A stretch of 64,000 nucleotides of DNA from Chlamydiota bacterium (lineage in GTDB: Bacteria > Chlamydiota > Chlamydiia > Chlamydiales > JABDDJ01). Location of the stretch: NCBI GenBank assembly GCA_013287645.1, contig JABDDJ010000001.1, positions 28,419 through 92,418 of the forward strand, in the 5' to 3' direction. The translations under genes and the position numbers were made by a program. The notes beneath the pieces were generated by a model that made no database searches, was not told the DNA's origin, and saw only the letters and a program-made list of their open reading frames with translations. Below, in pieces: positions 1 to 9,203 of the stretch; position 1 is the stretch's first letter, and each line of letters begins with the position of its first letter.

Positions 1-1536
1 AGTTGCGTTATCTTTGAGACCTGCGAACGGAGTGGCACCTCCTCGATAACTGATTGCAATCGATTGTTTAACAGGCGTGGCTTTTTCCAGAGCATCTGTC
101 AGCCAATCTGGGTGCGTATCGACAACTTGCTTGCGGCTAAATGAATCTACTTTGGTGCGTGTGCTATGATCTAGGCTGTCCAAAGTGGTGTGACGGTCAT
201 CTGCAGTATCGCTCTTCTTGACACCTAATTCAGGAAATTCCACTTTTAGTTTGTTCCAACCAGCGGTAGAGACCTCCCAATCCCACATTTGCTGAACAGT
301 GACCCGCCCTTCAAGAGAGCGCTTATCTACAGTAGCGATTTCGACAAGGTAGTTCTTTTGGACAAGTTCAGGGTGAGTTTGGATGACCTGGTCAATAGCA
401 AGGAAGGTGGTGGGTAAGGCAAGAGGGTCATTTCCTTTTTTTGTGACGCTTTTTAAGTACATTTCGAGATGGTGTAGTTTTCTTAAGTTATTGATTTGCA
501 ATGCTTTAGGCAAAGCGTACAACTCCCCTGAAACACTCTCACCAGCAAATTTGCCAAAGTTCTCAAATGCAAAGCGATCTACAAGAGCCAATCCACCCCC
601 ATTCTGATACATACGCCTAAACAGTAAAATCTGCTGCCATAGATGTGTCACTAGACTCTGGTCCATATTCATTTTCTGCAGCTGCTGCTTATAGTATTCT
701 GTCTGGTTAGAAACGCCCAAATTAGGATTATCGCTATTTTGCTGATAGCTAATCGATGCGTTGCGCAATAGATCTGCTAAAGCCTCTTCACGTGAGACAG
801 AATAGCCCATCTGCTTAGCTTGCATAGCGCTGTTAATAATAAACTCGGCCACTAAACGAGTAAAATGAGGTCCAAACCAGTCAATTAAGCTATGGTATCC
901 AAAGATAGAAAGGTCGGAACGAAGCAGAGTTTCGTCTGCAGGCAACCAGCTGTACTGTTTTTGCTGGTACATGAGCACTTGTCTTAGCATGGATTCAGGA
1001 AATCTTTTCTCTGCTAAATAGAGGGCTACTCGCGCACGCAGCGCTTCAGGAGAGAGAGCATTATCCTGCATCTGTAGAGCTGTTAGCTGCGTATTAATTT
1101 CTGGTGCAAAGTAGTCCCAGATAGCTGCAGAACTCATAAACGGCGCTTTAGGATTTTTATAGCCTTCAAATTTCTTTTCACGTTCCAGCCGTGACTGAAG
1201 ATCACTTCCCAATGTCGAAGCAAACTTCTCTGCCAAAACAGCAGCTATTCCGGTTTCTAATAGATCTTTTTTGATGACTCCATCATTTAGGAAATTCGCA
1301 CCCCAAGCACCTCCCTGCAGCTGCTTATCCTCTATATCGGTAGTGAGAAACGCCACCATCTCCTCCACATCAGCTTTTGAGACCTCCGTCCCATCCACTG
1401 CCCTAAATGCTGTCGTCGTATTGCGAGGCATTGAAGTGACTACATTAAATGTTCCAAAGAACGAAAAGGAAATAACCACAAAGAAAGTGATGATTAAAAA
1501 GAAAGAGCGTTGATACTTGCGGAAGAACTCGAGCAT
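1..1536 (-). CDS. PpiD/SurA-N-like membrane-anchored periplasmic chaperone, N-terminal 512 codons; gene runs off the left edge
   Basis: Absent from the ORF track, apparently because it has no in-window stop. My hand translation of the minus strand from ATG 1536-1534 gives MLEFFRKYQRSFFLIITFFVVISFSFFGTFNVV... (N-terminal TM anchor). It stays open for every stretch I translated (1536 down to about 960), and no stop-bounded minus ORF is listed to position 1. The layout resembles PpiD-type chaperones; the parvulin domain would lie outside the window. Confidence 0.5.
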   Translation of the reverse strand, partial: MLEFFRKYQRSFFLIITFFVVISFSFFGTFNVVTSMPRNTTTAFRAVDGTEVSKADVEEMVAFLTTDIEDKQLQGGAWGANFLNDGVIKKDLLETGIAAVLAEKFASTLGSDLQSRLEREKKFEGYKNPKAPFMSSAAIWDYFAPEINTQLTALQMQDNALSPEALRARVALYLAEKRFPESMLRQVLMYQQKQYSWLPADETLLRSDLSIFGYHSLIDWFGPHFTRLVAEFIINSAMQAKQMGYSVSREEALADLLRNASISYQQNSDNPNLGVSNQTEYYKQQLQKMNMDQSLVTHLWQQILLFRRMYQNGGGLALVDRFAFENFGKFAGESVSGELYALPKALQINNLRKLHHLEMYLKSVTKKGNDPLALPTTFLAIDQVIQTHPELVQKNYLVEIATVDKRSLEGRVTVQQMWDWEVSTAGWNKLKVEFPELGVKKSDTADDRHTTLDSLDHSTRTKVDSFSRKQVVDTHPDWLTDALEKATPVKQSIAISYRGGATPFAGLKDNAT

Positions 1537-1580
1537 GATAGAAGACTCCAATTTTGCTGACAACGATGCTAGCAAAAATA

Positions 1581-1664
1581 AAATTAAACGCAAAGGCGCA
1601 AAGCCGCAAAGAAAGCAAATAAATTAATTCTTTCTTTGCGGCTTTGCGCCTTTGCGTTTAATTT
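1581..1664. repeat. Palindromic intergenic element, NCGCAAAG-octamer family, copy A (terminator position after queF)
   Basis: Left arm aaattaaacgcaaaggcgcaaagccgcaaagaaag (1581-1615) is the exact reverse complement of the right arm (1630-1664). Each arm is 3 tandem octamers NCGCAAAG. It lies directly after the queF stop. Confidence 0.85.
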
Positions 1665-1665
1665 T

Positions 1666-2013
1666 TTATTCTTTGTAACTGCAAGTTGGGGTGATTTTTA
1701 CGCCTCCTCGAGCAGAAAACTCGCCTTTAACAATCAAGATTTTAGGATGCAGTACTTGCCCAAGGTCTTGGCAAATCTGGTTGATTGCAAATTCTTGAAG
1801 GATTTTGACATTTGAAAACGAGGCCAGGTACTGCTTTAGGGAGACAATTTCGATCAGTTTATTTGTGGGAGTATAGGTAATCGTTAGCGTGGCAAAATCT
1901 GTTTTTCCTGTGTAGGGGCAGAGGCAGGTAAACTCATCACAGGAAATCGTTACCTCATAGTGGCTGTCAGGCCACTGATTTTCAATCATTTCAAGAAGCG
2001 CAGGTTTTGACAT
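1666..2013 (-). CDS. queF: NADPH-dependent 7-cyano-7-deazaguanine (preQ0) reductase QueF, short type
   Basis: 115 aa. Contains the motif EFTCLCPYTGKTDFATLTITY (QueF signature E-x3-CP-x-TG-x-PDF with the catalytic Cys). Size fits unimodular QueF. Confidence 0.9.
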   Translation of the reverse strand: MSKPALLEMIENQWPDSHYEVTISCDEFTCLCPYTGKTDFATLTITYTPTNKLIEIVSLKQYLASFSNVKILQEFAINQICQDLGQVLHPKILIVKGEFSARGGVKITPTCSYKE

Positions 2014-2710
2014 AGGACTCTTCCTTAAAAATAGCGTATAAGCACTGCATCAGATCTTCTTTAGGTTCTCCGCACTCTTCTAGCAGAGGAAACGACATGG
2101 AAGCCATGGTTGATGGCAGAGTCTCTGAATTTTTTAAAATTTTTTGTAATAGAGTAGGATTCACTAAGGTTAAGCATACCGTCCCCTGATGTAAAAATCC
2201 ATACTTTGTTCTTCTCTGAGCTCCTCCTGCTACCTTTTTACCTTTGATGAGAAGGTCATACTGGATGGGATGTGCCATGCAGAACAGTGCATGAGAGGGA
2301 TGCTTTGCGATTAAAGGTTGTGGAACTAGCTCAGGAATGATTTTTGAAAAACAGCGTTGGATTGCCTTAGACAACATGCTATGGATGTATGCGTAATTTG
2401 TAAGAGTACATAGAGAATAGTTAGGATGGCCTGCAGGAATAAGGACAGAATAGGCTAAATCTCCTAAATGGAGTGTGATGCCTCCACCTGTAGGACGGCG
2501 AGCCAAATCTATCGCATAGTCAGATAGAGAATCTTGATTCAGCAAATCAAAGGGCTTGATGAAGTAGCCATATGTAATAGAGGGCCGATGCCACTTATAA
2601 GTGTGCAGTATGGGTCTAGGAAATTCTGAAAGGCTCTTTAACAATTCCGCATCGGTCGCCATATTCTCTTCAGCAGACCGAACGCCGGTATCTATAAATT
2701 CCCATTGCAT
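1991..2710 (-). CDS. Lipoate-protein ligase / octanoyltransferase family protein (LplA/LipM-like catalytic domain only)
   Basis: 239 aa. Contains RRPTGGGITLH and KGKKVAGGAQRRTK (conserved Lys of the BPL/LplA/LipB fold). Its end overlaps queF by 23 nt. Confidence 0.75.
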   Translation of the reverse strand: MQWEFIDTGVRSAEENMATDAELLKSLSEFPRPILHTYKWHRPSITYGYFIKPFDLLNQDSLSDYAIDLARRPTGGGITLHLGDLAYSVLIPAGHPNYSLCTLTNYAYIHSMLSKAIQRCFSKIIPELVPQPLIAKHPSHALFCMAHPIQYDLLIKGKKVAGGAQRRTKYGFLHQGTVCLTLVNPTLLQKILKNSETLPSTMASMSFPLLEECGEPKEDLMQCLYAIFKEESYVKTCAS

Positions 2711-2712
2711 GC

Positions 2713-3243
2713 TTACCGAAAGATAATCGGGTGTTGCTTATCGTTCAAACGATCTCCATGACTATACCCTAATTGCTTCAAGGCATGCGTATGAGGATCG
2801 TTTGTCCTCAGGACATAGACACTGTTTTTTTGGCAATAGGCGACGAGATAATGCGATTTTAAAGTATGGAAAGGAACGGGATAATCAGAAGAGACAATTA
2901 ATGCATTTCCGGGCTCTTCCAAATTAAAAATAATTCCTCCAATCACACCCTGAATACTGCCGATCTGTTCGAGGGTAGCATCAGCTTGATTCGTGGAAAG
3001 ATACTCATCATACGCCAATCGAATCGGTTTGACATCGGTAAATTCGAAGAGCAGCTCGCCTAAAGCACGGCTAGTAATAATTTTTTTTATTTCAGTATTA
3101 TTACGCCATATATCGCGTTTAGAAGTAGAATTTCTTTGTGCTTTTATGAGCTCTAACTGACTCAGATTGAGCAGACCTTCTATCTCGATATAATGGTTAT
3201 GCTCAAAAAAGCTTTTTTGTTCTGGCGCGACAGCAAATTTCAT
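2713..3243 (-). CDS. Hypothetical protein, first gene of the lplA-like/queF operon
   Basis: 176-aa ORF packed 2 nt from the next gene. I recognise no motif. Confidence 0.55.
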   Translation of the reverse strand: MKFAVAPEQKSFFEHNHYIEIEGLLNLSQLELIKAQRNSTSKRDIWRNNTEIKKIITSRALGELLFEFTDVKPIRLAYDEYLSTNQADATLEQIGSIQGVIGGIIFNLEEPGNALIVSSDYPVPFHTLKSHYLVAYCQKNSVYVLRTNDPHTHALKQLGYSHGDRLNDKQHPIIFR

Positions 3244-3303
3244 TGTTCATTTTTGTTGAATTTAGGATATATTCTACCATAGAGATCAATATGATCAATG
3301 AAA

Positions 3304-3379
3304 ATTTAAACGCAAAGGCGCAAAGTCGCAAAGAAGTATAATTTATTTTCTTTGCGCCTTTGCGCCTTTGCGTTTAAAT
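3304..3379. repeat. Palindromic intergenic element, NCGCAAAG-octamer family, copy B (in a divergent promoter region)
   Basis: Arms are 3304-3335 (atttaaacgcaaaggcgcaaagtcgcaaagaa) and 3348-3379, with one mismatch. It lies between the divergently transcribed genes 2713..3243(-) and rnc(+). Confidence 0.85.
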
Positions 3380-3407
3380 ATATACTAACGTTCGCAAATT
3401 AAATACA

Positions 3408-4133
3408 ATGCACACTTTGCAAGATTTACAAGATAAAATTCCTCAAATTGAAGCTGCTTTGGGTTACTCCTTCCGCAACAAAGATCTACTTATCATGGCT
3501 TTTGTCCACCGTTCGTTTGTAAATGAAAACCGGGCAACTCTCTACCATAATGAACGTTTAGAGTTTTTGGGAGATTCTGTATTGGGAATGCTGATCGCTC
3601 AACTTTTATACGAACGCTATCCTGAAAAACCTGAAGGAGAGCTCTCTTCCCTACGTTCAAGACTGGTTGAAGGCAGCTCCTGCACAGCCTATGTCCATAA
3701 AATCGGTGTAGACCCATTTCTGCTTTTAGGCAAAGGAGAGCGCGGAAATGATGGCAGGGGCAGACAAACCATCCTCTCAGATCTATTTGAAGCAATTGTG
3801 GGCGCGATATACTTAGATGGCGGACTAGAAGCAACGCGCAACTTTATTGTCGATACTTTTCAAGAGGCCATTGAAGAACGTGTATCAGCCCCTCAAAGCA
3901 ATTGGAAAGCGATACTACAAGACATTTGCCAAAGACAATTACATACAACCCCGGTCTACACACTGCTGCAGACAACTGGTCCAGAACATGACAAAATTTT
4001 TGAAGTTGCGGTCGAAGTTCAAGGAAAAATCTTAGGCAAAGGCTCTGGCGCTTCTAAAAAAGAGGCGCAACAAAATGCAGCCATGGATACTATAAAACAT
4101 CATTTTAACATTCCGGAAGAGCCTATTCCATGA
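3408..4133 (+). CDS. rnc: Ribonuclease III
   Basis: Contains ERLEFLGDSVLG (RNase III signature) and a C-terminal dsRBD (GSGASKKEAQQNAA). Confidence 0.95.
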   Translation: MHTLQDLQDKIPQIEAALGYSFRNKDLLIMAFVHRSFVNENRATLYHNERLEFLGDSVLGMLIAQLLYERYPEKPEGELSSLRSRLVEGSSCTAYVHKIGVDPFLLLGKGERGNDGRGRQTILSDLFEAIVGAIYLDGGLEATRNFIVDTFQEAIEERVSAPQSNWKAILQDICQRQLHTTPVYTLLQTTGPEHDKIFEVAVEVQGKILGKGSGASKKEAQQNAAMDTIKHHFNIPEEPIP

Positions 4134-5503
4134 TAGCTAAAGCGCGCAACGTTTGGGCCTGTGCAGAATGTGGCCATCAGTCCCCCCGTTGGCTCGGTCA
4201 GTGTCCACAATGTAGCCAGTGGAACTCTCTTCACGAAGAGGTTGTGTTACCCTCTCTACCGCGCAAATTCAAGGCCGAAACAACCGCTAAAAGCACACCT
4301 GTTAAACTGAATGAAATATCCAATAATCCCCTTCCAAGGCACAGCACAAACATTATTGAAATCAACCGTCTATTGGGTGGCGGGCTTGTTCCTGGGGCTT
4401 TGACATTAGTCGGTGGTGATCCCGGCATTGGAAAGTCCACACTGATGCTGCAGCTATCTGCTGCCATGGCAAAGCAAGGGCTTCTTGTCCTCTATGTCTG
4501 CGGAGAGGAATCGATCGAACAAACCTCTCTTAGAGCGCGACGCCTTGGCATTGATAGCGATAATCTTTACCTTTTGAACGAAACCGAATTCAATGCCATC
4601 AAAGCTCATGTCGATACACTCTCACCCGCTATTTTAGTGATCGACTCTATTCAGATCGTCTACAAAGCTGAATTAGCCTCTGCACCAGGTTCCGTGGCCC
4701 AAGTAAGAGAGACGGCTGCCGAATTCATGCATCTCTCCAAAGGGCGGAATATATCCACATTTTTAATCGGCCATGTCACAAAAACGGGTGAAATCGCCGG
4801 GCCGCGAGTTCTGGAACATCTTGTAGACACAGTTCTCTATTTTGAGGGAGATCGTCAACATAACTACAGACTCGTTAGAGCGGTTAAAAATCGTTTTGGA
4901 CCCACAGATGATGTCGCAGTTTTCCAAATGACTGACAAAGGTCTCTGCGAGGTGCATAACCCTTCTCAACTATTCCTTGAAGAACGTTCTAAGGGCCTAA
5001 TAGGCTCTACAGTAATTCCGGCTTTAGAAGGATCCAGAGCATTACTGATAGAGGCCCAAGCGCTAGTGACCGAAACCGCCTTCAGCACCCCTTCACGCCG
5101 TAGCACAGGCCTTGACCAAAACCGTCTTGCTCTACTGCTCGCTGTCCTTGAAAAACGTCTCCGTTTTCAAATGTTTCGCTGCGATGTCTTTGTCTCCATC
5201 GCTGGAGGGCTCAAAATTCAAGAACCTGGAATCGATTTAGGCATATTGGCCTCTATTGCTTCATCATTGAGTAACAAGCCTATCAACCCGGATACAGCGA
5301 TTATTGGCGAAGTTGGTCTAGGAGGCGAAATCCGTTCGGTTCCGCGCATTGAGAGTCGCTTAAAGGAGTGCATCCAGATGGGATTTAAAAAAATTATTTT
5401 ACCAAAACGCAACCTCAAAGGCCTCTCCAAAGAGTTACAGTCCGAAATCCAATGTTTTGGCGTAGAGCTAGCCGAGGAAGCTGTGCATGCCGTCCTCAAT
5501 TAA
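4130..5503 (+). CDS. radA: DNA repair protein RadA/Sms
   Basis: N-terminal Zn-finger CAECGHQSPRWLGQCPQC, Walker A GGDPGIGKSTL, the KNRFG motif and a Lon-like C-terminal domain. ATGA overlap with rnc. Confidence 0.95.
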   Translation: MIAKARNVWACAECGHQSPRWLGQCPQCSQWNSLHEEVVLPSLPRKFKAETTAKSTPVKLNEISNNPLPRHSTNIIEINRLLGGGLVPGALTLVGGDPGIGKSTLMLQLSAAMAKQGLLVLYVCGEESIEQTSLRARRLGIDSDNLYLLNETEFNAIKAHVDTLSPAILVIDSIQIVYKAELASAPGSVAQVRETAAEFMHLSKGRNISTFLIGHVTKTGEIAGPRVLEHLVDTVLYFEGDRQHNYRLVRAVKNRFGPTDDVAVFQMTDKGLCEVHNPSQLFLEERSKGLIGSTVIPALEGSRALLIEAQALVTETAFSTPSRRSTGLDQNRLALLLAVLEKRLRFQMFRCDVFVSIAGGLKIQEPGIDLGILASIASSLSNKPINPDTAIIGEVGLGGEIRSVPRIESRLKECIQMGFKKIILPKRNLKGLSKELQSEIQCFGVELAEEAVHAVLN

Positions 5504-6842
5504 CATAAACATCAAGACAGGCGCGCGCAGTTCACCTCTGTCTAAAGCACAGCTCGCCGAAGTGCAAGCAGAACTGGCTCCTTTTCATCCTAACGTCATT
5601 TTAGAAGCTCTTTTTTTAGATACTGTCGGTGATAGAGACCTAAAGACCTCTTTGCGCACCCTCGATAAGACCGACTTCTTTACTCGCGATATCGACCAAG
5701 CCCTATTAGAAGGAAAATGCCACATCGCGATCCATTCGGCCAAAGATCTTCCCGATCCCCTCCCCCAAGGCATAGAACTCATCGCCTTAACTCAAGGAGT
5801 CGATAGCAGCGATAGCCTAGTTTTTAACTCTCTGCCAGTTGGCGCAGTTATTGGTACTAGCTCCGCCCGTAGAGAAGAAGAAGTAAAAAAGCTGCGCGAA
5901 GATTTTCGTTTTATTGATATCAGAGGCAACATCCAGCAGCGACTCGCACTGCTCGAGCAAGGAAACGTCGATGGAGTTGTCATCGCGGAAGCAGCTCTAA
6001 TTAGGCTAGGATTGACCCGTCTCAATCGAATTCACTTGCAAGGACCTACGGCACCCCTACAAGGAAAACTCGCGATTGTGGCTAGGGAAAATGATGCCCA
6101 GATGGTCTCGCTATTTAGCTGTCTCGATTCTCGCGAAATCGACCTACATGTAGGGCTCACTCCTCCTAAAAAAGAGATTGAACGAAAGGCCATCCACTGC
6201 CCCTTTATCGAGACTCTACCAAGATCTTTTGATACCCCAAATCTCCTTGAAATTAAAAATAAATTTAATCAGTTTACACACCTGATCTTCACCAGTAAAC
6301 AAGCCGTCCACTACTGCATGGAATTCATCGACTCAGCTCAAAAATTAGAGGGAAGACAGATCATTTCCGTCGGAAAAGCCACTCAAAAAACTTTAGAAAG
6401 CTATGGATTAAAATCCCTAGTCACAGAGGAAGAGACCGCCGAAGGTGTTTGCGCACTGCTTGATACATTAATGACGAAGGACAGTCATTTCCTCTGGTTA
6501 CACTCCGCGCAAGCCAGATCGGTCATTTCAGACTATTTTTCGAATAAAAATGTGAGTTTTACCCATTGCGCTCTCTACGACACACTCCCTAAAAGACCAA
6601 CAACCTTGCCTAATTTAGACAAAGTCAACCGCGTCTGTTTTACCAGTCCCTCCTGCATCGACGCCTTCTTAGAATTTTACAATGAAATTCCCCCACTTAA
6701 ATACTCATTTATTGGACCTGTTACACAAAATCATTGGGAAGAAAAGAGCTCGCTCAATTTGCTTGAACAATTCACTGCTATAAGACAAAATCAGGAAAAC
6801 AGGAGATACCCCTATGGCACAGCTAATGGAAAAAAAATTTGA
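5487..6842 (+). CDS. hemC: Fusion of hydroxymethylbilane synthase (HemC domains 1-2 only) with uroporphyrinogen-III synthase (HemD)
   Basis: The N-terminal ~215 aa align by eye with E. coli HemC (SPLSKAQ..., [25 protein letters not shown]). The C-terminal ~230 aa carry HemD-like repeats (LIFTSKQAV..., [11 protein letters not shown]). Confidence 0.8.
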   Translation: MPSSININIKTGARSSPLSKAQLAEVQAELAPFHPNVILEALFLDTVGDRDLKTSLRTLDKTDFFTRDIDQALLEGKCHIAIHSAKDLPDPLPQGIELIALTQGVDSSDSLVFNSLPVGAVIGTSSARREEEVKKLREDFRFIDIRGNIQQRLALLEQGNVDGVVIAEAALIRLGLTRLNRIHLQGPTAPLQGKLAIVARENDAQMVSLFSCLDSREIDLHVGLTPPKKEIERKAIHCPFIETLPRSFDTPNLLEIKNKFNQFTHLIFTSKQAVHYCMEFIDSAQKLEGRQIISVGKATQKTLESYGLKSLVTEEETAEGVCALLDTLMTKDSHFLWLHSAQARSVISDYFSNKNVSFTHCALYDTLPKRPTTLPNLDKVNRVCFTSPSCIDAFLEFYNEIPPLKYSFIGPVTQNHWEEKSSLNLLEQFTAIRQNQENRRYPYGTANGKKI

Positions 6843-7437
6843 ACTACCAGCGCTACCCTATGAATTTGGCGACCTCGAGCCCACCATCAGCGCAGAAATC
6901 ATGATGCTACATTACACAAAGCATCACAACGCCTACGTTACTAACTTAAATAAGGCCCTTGAACAATATGCCGAAGCCGAAATGAGAAACGATCTGCCCG
7001 CTATGATCGCTCTCGAACCCGCTATTCGATTCAATGGCGGCGGCCACATCAACCACTCCATCTTCTGGACAAACCTAGCTCCTGTCAGCAAAGGTGGCGG
7101 TACTCCCCCCAAAGGTCCACTAGCTGATGCAATTAATACCCATTTTGGATCGCTACAGCGCTTTATCGACGAAATGAATGCTAAAACAGGAGCAATCCAA
7201 GGGTCAGGATGGGGATGGCTTGGCTTAGACAAAGCTTCAAAAGCTCTGCGTCTCACAACATGCTCTAATCAAGATCCTCTTAGTACTCAAGGACTTATTC
7301 CCCTCCTTGGAATCGATGTCTGGGAACACGCCTACTACCTACAGTATAAAAATGTTCGTCCCGACTACTTAAAAGCTATTTGGAACGTTATTAACTGGCA
7401 AAATGTCTCAGAACGCTATTCGCAAGCATTAAGTTAA
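6814..7437 (+). CDS. sodA: Manganese superoxide dismutase, eukaryotic-mitochondrial type
   Basis: Contains [19 protein letters not shown]-like [26 protein letters not shown] and [30 protein letters not shown]. The alternative ATG at 6826 is also possible. Confidence 0.95.
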   Translation: MAQLMEKKFELPALPYEFGDLEPTISAEIMMLHYTKHHNAYVTNLNKALEQYAEAEMRNDLPAMIALEPAIRFNGGGHINHSIFWTNLAPVSKGGGTPPKGPLADAINTHFGSLQRFIDEMNAKTGAIQGSGWGWLGLDKASKALRLTTCSNQDPLSTQGLIPLLGIDVWEHAYYLQYKNVRPDYLKAIWNVINWQNVSERYSQALS

Positions 7438-7455
7438 TTAACTCTTTTTTATCTT

Positions 7456-7494
7456 AGCCATTTATTGAAACTAATCAATAAATGGCTTTTTTTA
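7456..7494 (+). terminator. Rho-independent terminator after sodA
   Basis: Stem agccatttattga (7456-7468) pairs with tcaataaatggct (7475-7487) and is followed by a T-run. Confidence 0.8.
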
Positions 7495-7561
7495 TTAAAA
7501 TTAATTGTTTATTTTTACAATTAATCGCATAATAAAATTATAAGATAAAAGAGAGTTTATT

Positions 7562-9127
7562 ATGAGTAGTGTAAACTTAAGAGTTCCAGGTACTGCTCCT
7601 CCTCTTCCTAATATCGGAGGGGATATTAACCGACTTTCAGGAAAAAATAAAGCACAGCAGGAAGGAGCACAACATACAAATGATGTTGCAACGCAAAATT
7701 CTAAAGTACTCAGTGCTTCTACGCAACCTTCATCTCATACTTTCCAAAACTTGGGCACATTTCAAGAGATGCAACAAAATTTTGCTAATCAATCGGCTTT
7801 ACTTGAACAGTTCACAAATCCTCCTGATTTTAATGCATCTAATTATACAGAAGAAGATGAACTTCAAGACTTTGACGAAAATCCTGAGCCTCAAACTCCA
7901 ACTTCTACTTCTTCTTCAAGTTCTCCCCCTTCCAGTTCTTCGTCTTCGTCTACTCACGAAACCAGTCAGACGACTCTTCCTCCGATACCTCCGGGAAGAC
8001 ACCTTCCTCGATCACTAAGTGTTTCATCTTCTTCCAGTTCTTCTTCGTCTACGTCTACTCATGATACCAGTCATACTACTCCTCCTATTGAACCTCAGCA
8101 TCAGCAAATAAACCCACCCCCAACGGCAAGTAATGTACATAGCGTTGATCATGATGAGCTTACAGATCCACCTGAAGAATTAGCACAGCAGACAGGAAAA
8201 AACTTTCTTCAAAGACTATGTAGTGGAGAATCCATAGAAAAACTAAAAGATGCATTTGGTTGGTTTTTGTCTTGTAGAGTTGTTAAATGTGTTGGTTTGG
8301 TAACTCTAGGAATAGCAATAATCGGAGTGTCGCTTCTTGCTGGTACAGCAATAATTGGAGCTGGAGTAGCAGTAACCATCAAGACTCTAGGTTTTGGACT
8401 TATTCCTGGAGCTCTGATTGCAACAGCAGGAGCAGGCATTATGGCTACAGGAGTACTTTTTGGTCTTAGCGTAGGAATCAAAGGACTTGCAGAAATTATT
8501 CCTGGCTTAGACGGTAGTGTGTTTGATAATAGAAAAAAACAAAAACCAGGACAGTTACCTCAAGGAACACCACCACAAAACTTGACACCTCCACAAGGTC
8601 AATCGCCAAATCCATCACAAAATCCACCAGGAGCTACTCCTTCTCCAAATCCATCAGGAGCTACTTCATCACAAAGTTCTTCTTCAACAAGCACTCCACC
8701 ACCTCAATCCACCCTTGCTAAAAAACAAAATGATAGTACTTTACGAGAAAAACAGGAAGAAGGAGAACAATTGCAACCTCCTTCACAAACTACTTCATCA
8801 TTTAAACCACTTCCCCCTATACCATCTCCTTTACCACCTCCTCCACAAACTATCTCATCATTTAAACCACTTCCACTTCCACCTCAAAGTGATGTCACAC
8901 CAAGTATATCTTCTTCATCAAGCAGTCCACCGCCATCTCCCACCACTGATCAGACTTCAACTAATTCAAATGTTGAGAGTCAAAAGGAAAAAAAACGAGC
9001 TCGTCGTACTCATGGTGCTGTTGGCGATCAACGACATAAAAAAACCCTTCAATCCTCTACTACATCAAATTCTTCTACCTCATCGTCTTCCTCTTCAAGC
9101 TCAAGTTCAGCTTCAGAAAAAACTTAA
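7562..9127 (+). CDS. Inc-like (inclusion-membrane-type) protein with a central bilobed hydrophobic domain and Ser/Pro-rich repetitive tails
   Basis: 521 aa with no signal peptide. The single ~70-aa hydrophobic block VGLVTLGIAIIGVSLLAGTAIIGAGVAVTIKTLGFGLIPGALIATAGAGIMATGVLFGLSVGI (nt 8291-8510) is split by TIK. The flanks are poly-Ser and PxxP-rich with internal duplications. Confidence 0.6.
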   Translation: MSSVNLRVPGTAPPLPNIGGDINRLSGKNKAQQEGAQHTNDVATQNSKVLSASTQPSSHTFQNLGTFQEMQQNFANQSALLEQFTNPPDFNASNYTEEDELQDFDENPEPQTPTSTSSSSSPPSSSSSSSTHETSQTTLPPIPPGRHLPRSLSVSSSSSSSSSTSTHDTSHTTPPIEPQHQQINPPPTASNVHSVDHDELTDPPEELAQQTGKNFLQRLCSGESIEKLKDAFGWFLSCRVVKCVGLVTLGIAIIGVSLLAGTAIIGAGVAVTIKTLGFGLIPGALIATAGAGIMATGVLFGLSVGIKGLAEIIPGLDGSVFDNRKKQKPGQLPQGTPPQNLTPPQGQSPNPSQNPPGATPSPNPSGATSSQSSSSTSTPPPQSTLAKKQNDSTLREKQEEGEQLQPPSQTTSSFKPLPPIPSPLPPPPQTISSFKPLPLPPQSDVTPSISSSSSSPPPSPTTDQTSTNSNVESQKEKKRARRTHGAVGDQRHKKTLQSSTTSNSSTSSSSSSSSSSASEKT

Positions 9128-9203
9128 TCCAACTTGACTTCATAGATAAAAAAGCATTAATGTATGCGCCATTCAGTGATATCGCAAATGGAAGAGATTG
9201 GAA

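Noticed and set aside
3493-3834. Antisense or alternate-frame ORFs listed in the track inside well-supported genes (for example 3493..3834, 4231..4467, 5792..6025, 6933..7256, 13016..13366, 36091..36405, 55450..55890, 62130..62624).
   Set aside because: Each lies entirely within a gene that has clear family motifs on the other strand or frame. None has a motif, an RBS or independent support, so they are most likely chance ORFs.
7680-9137. ORFs 7680..8018 and 8715..9137 in alternate frames of the Inc-like gene.
   Set aside because: They are products of the low-complexity Ser/Pro codon repeats (tct/tca/cca runs stay open in several frames). The frame starting at 7562 contains the hydrophobic domain and spans the whole region.
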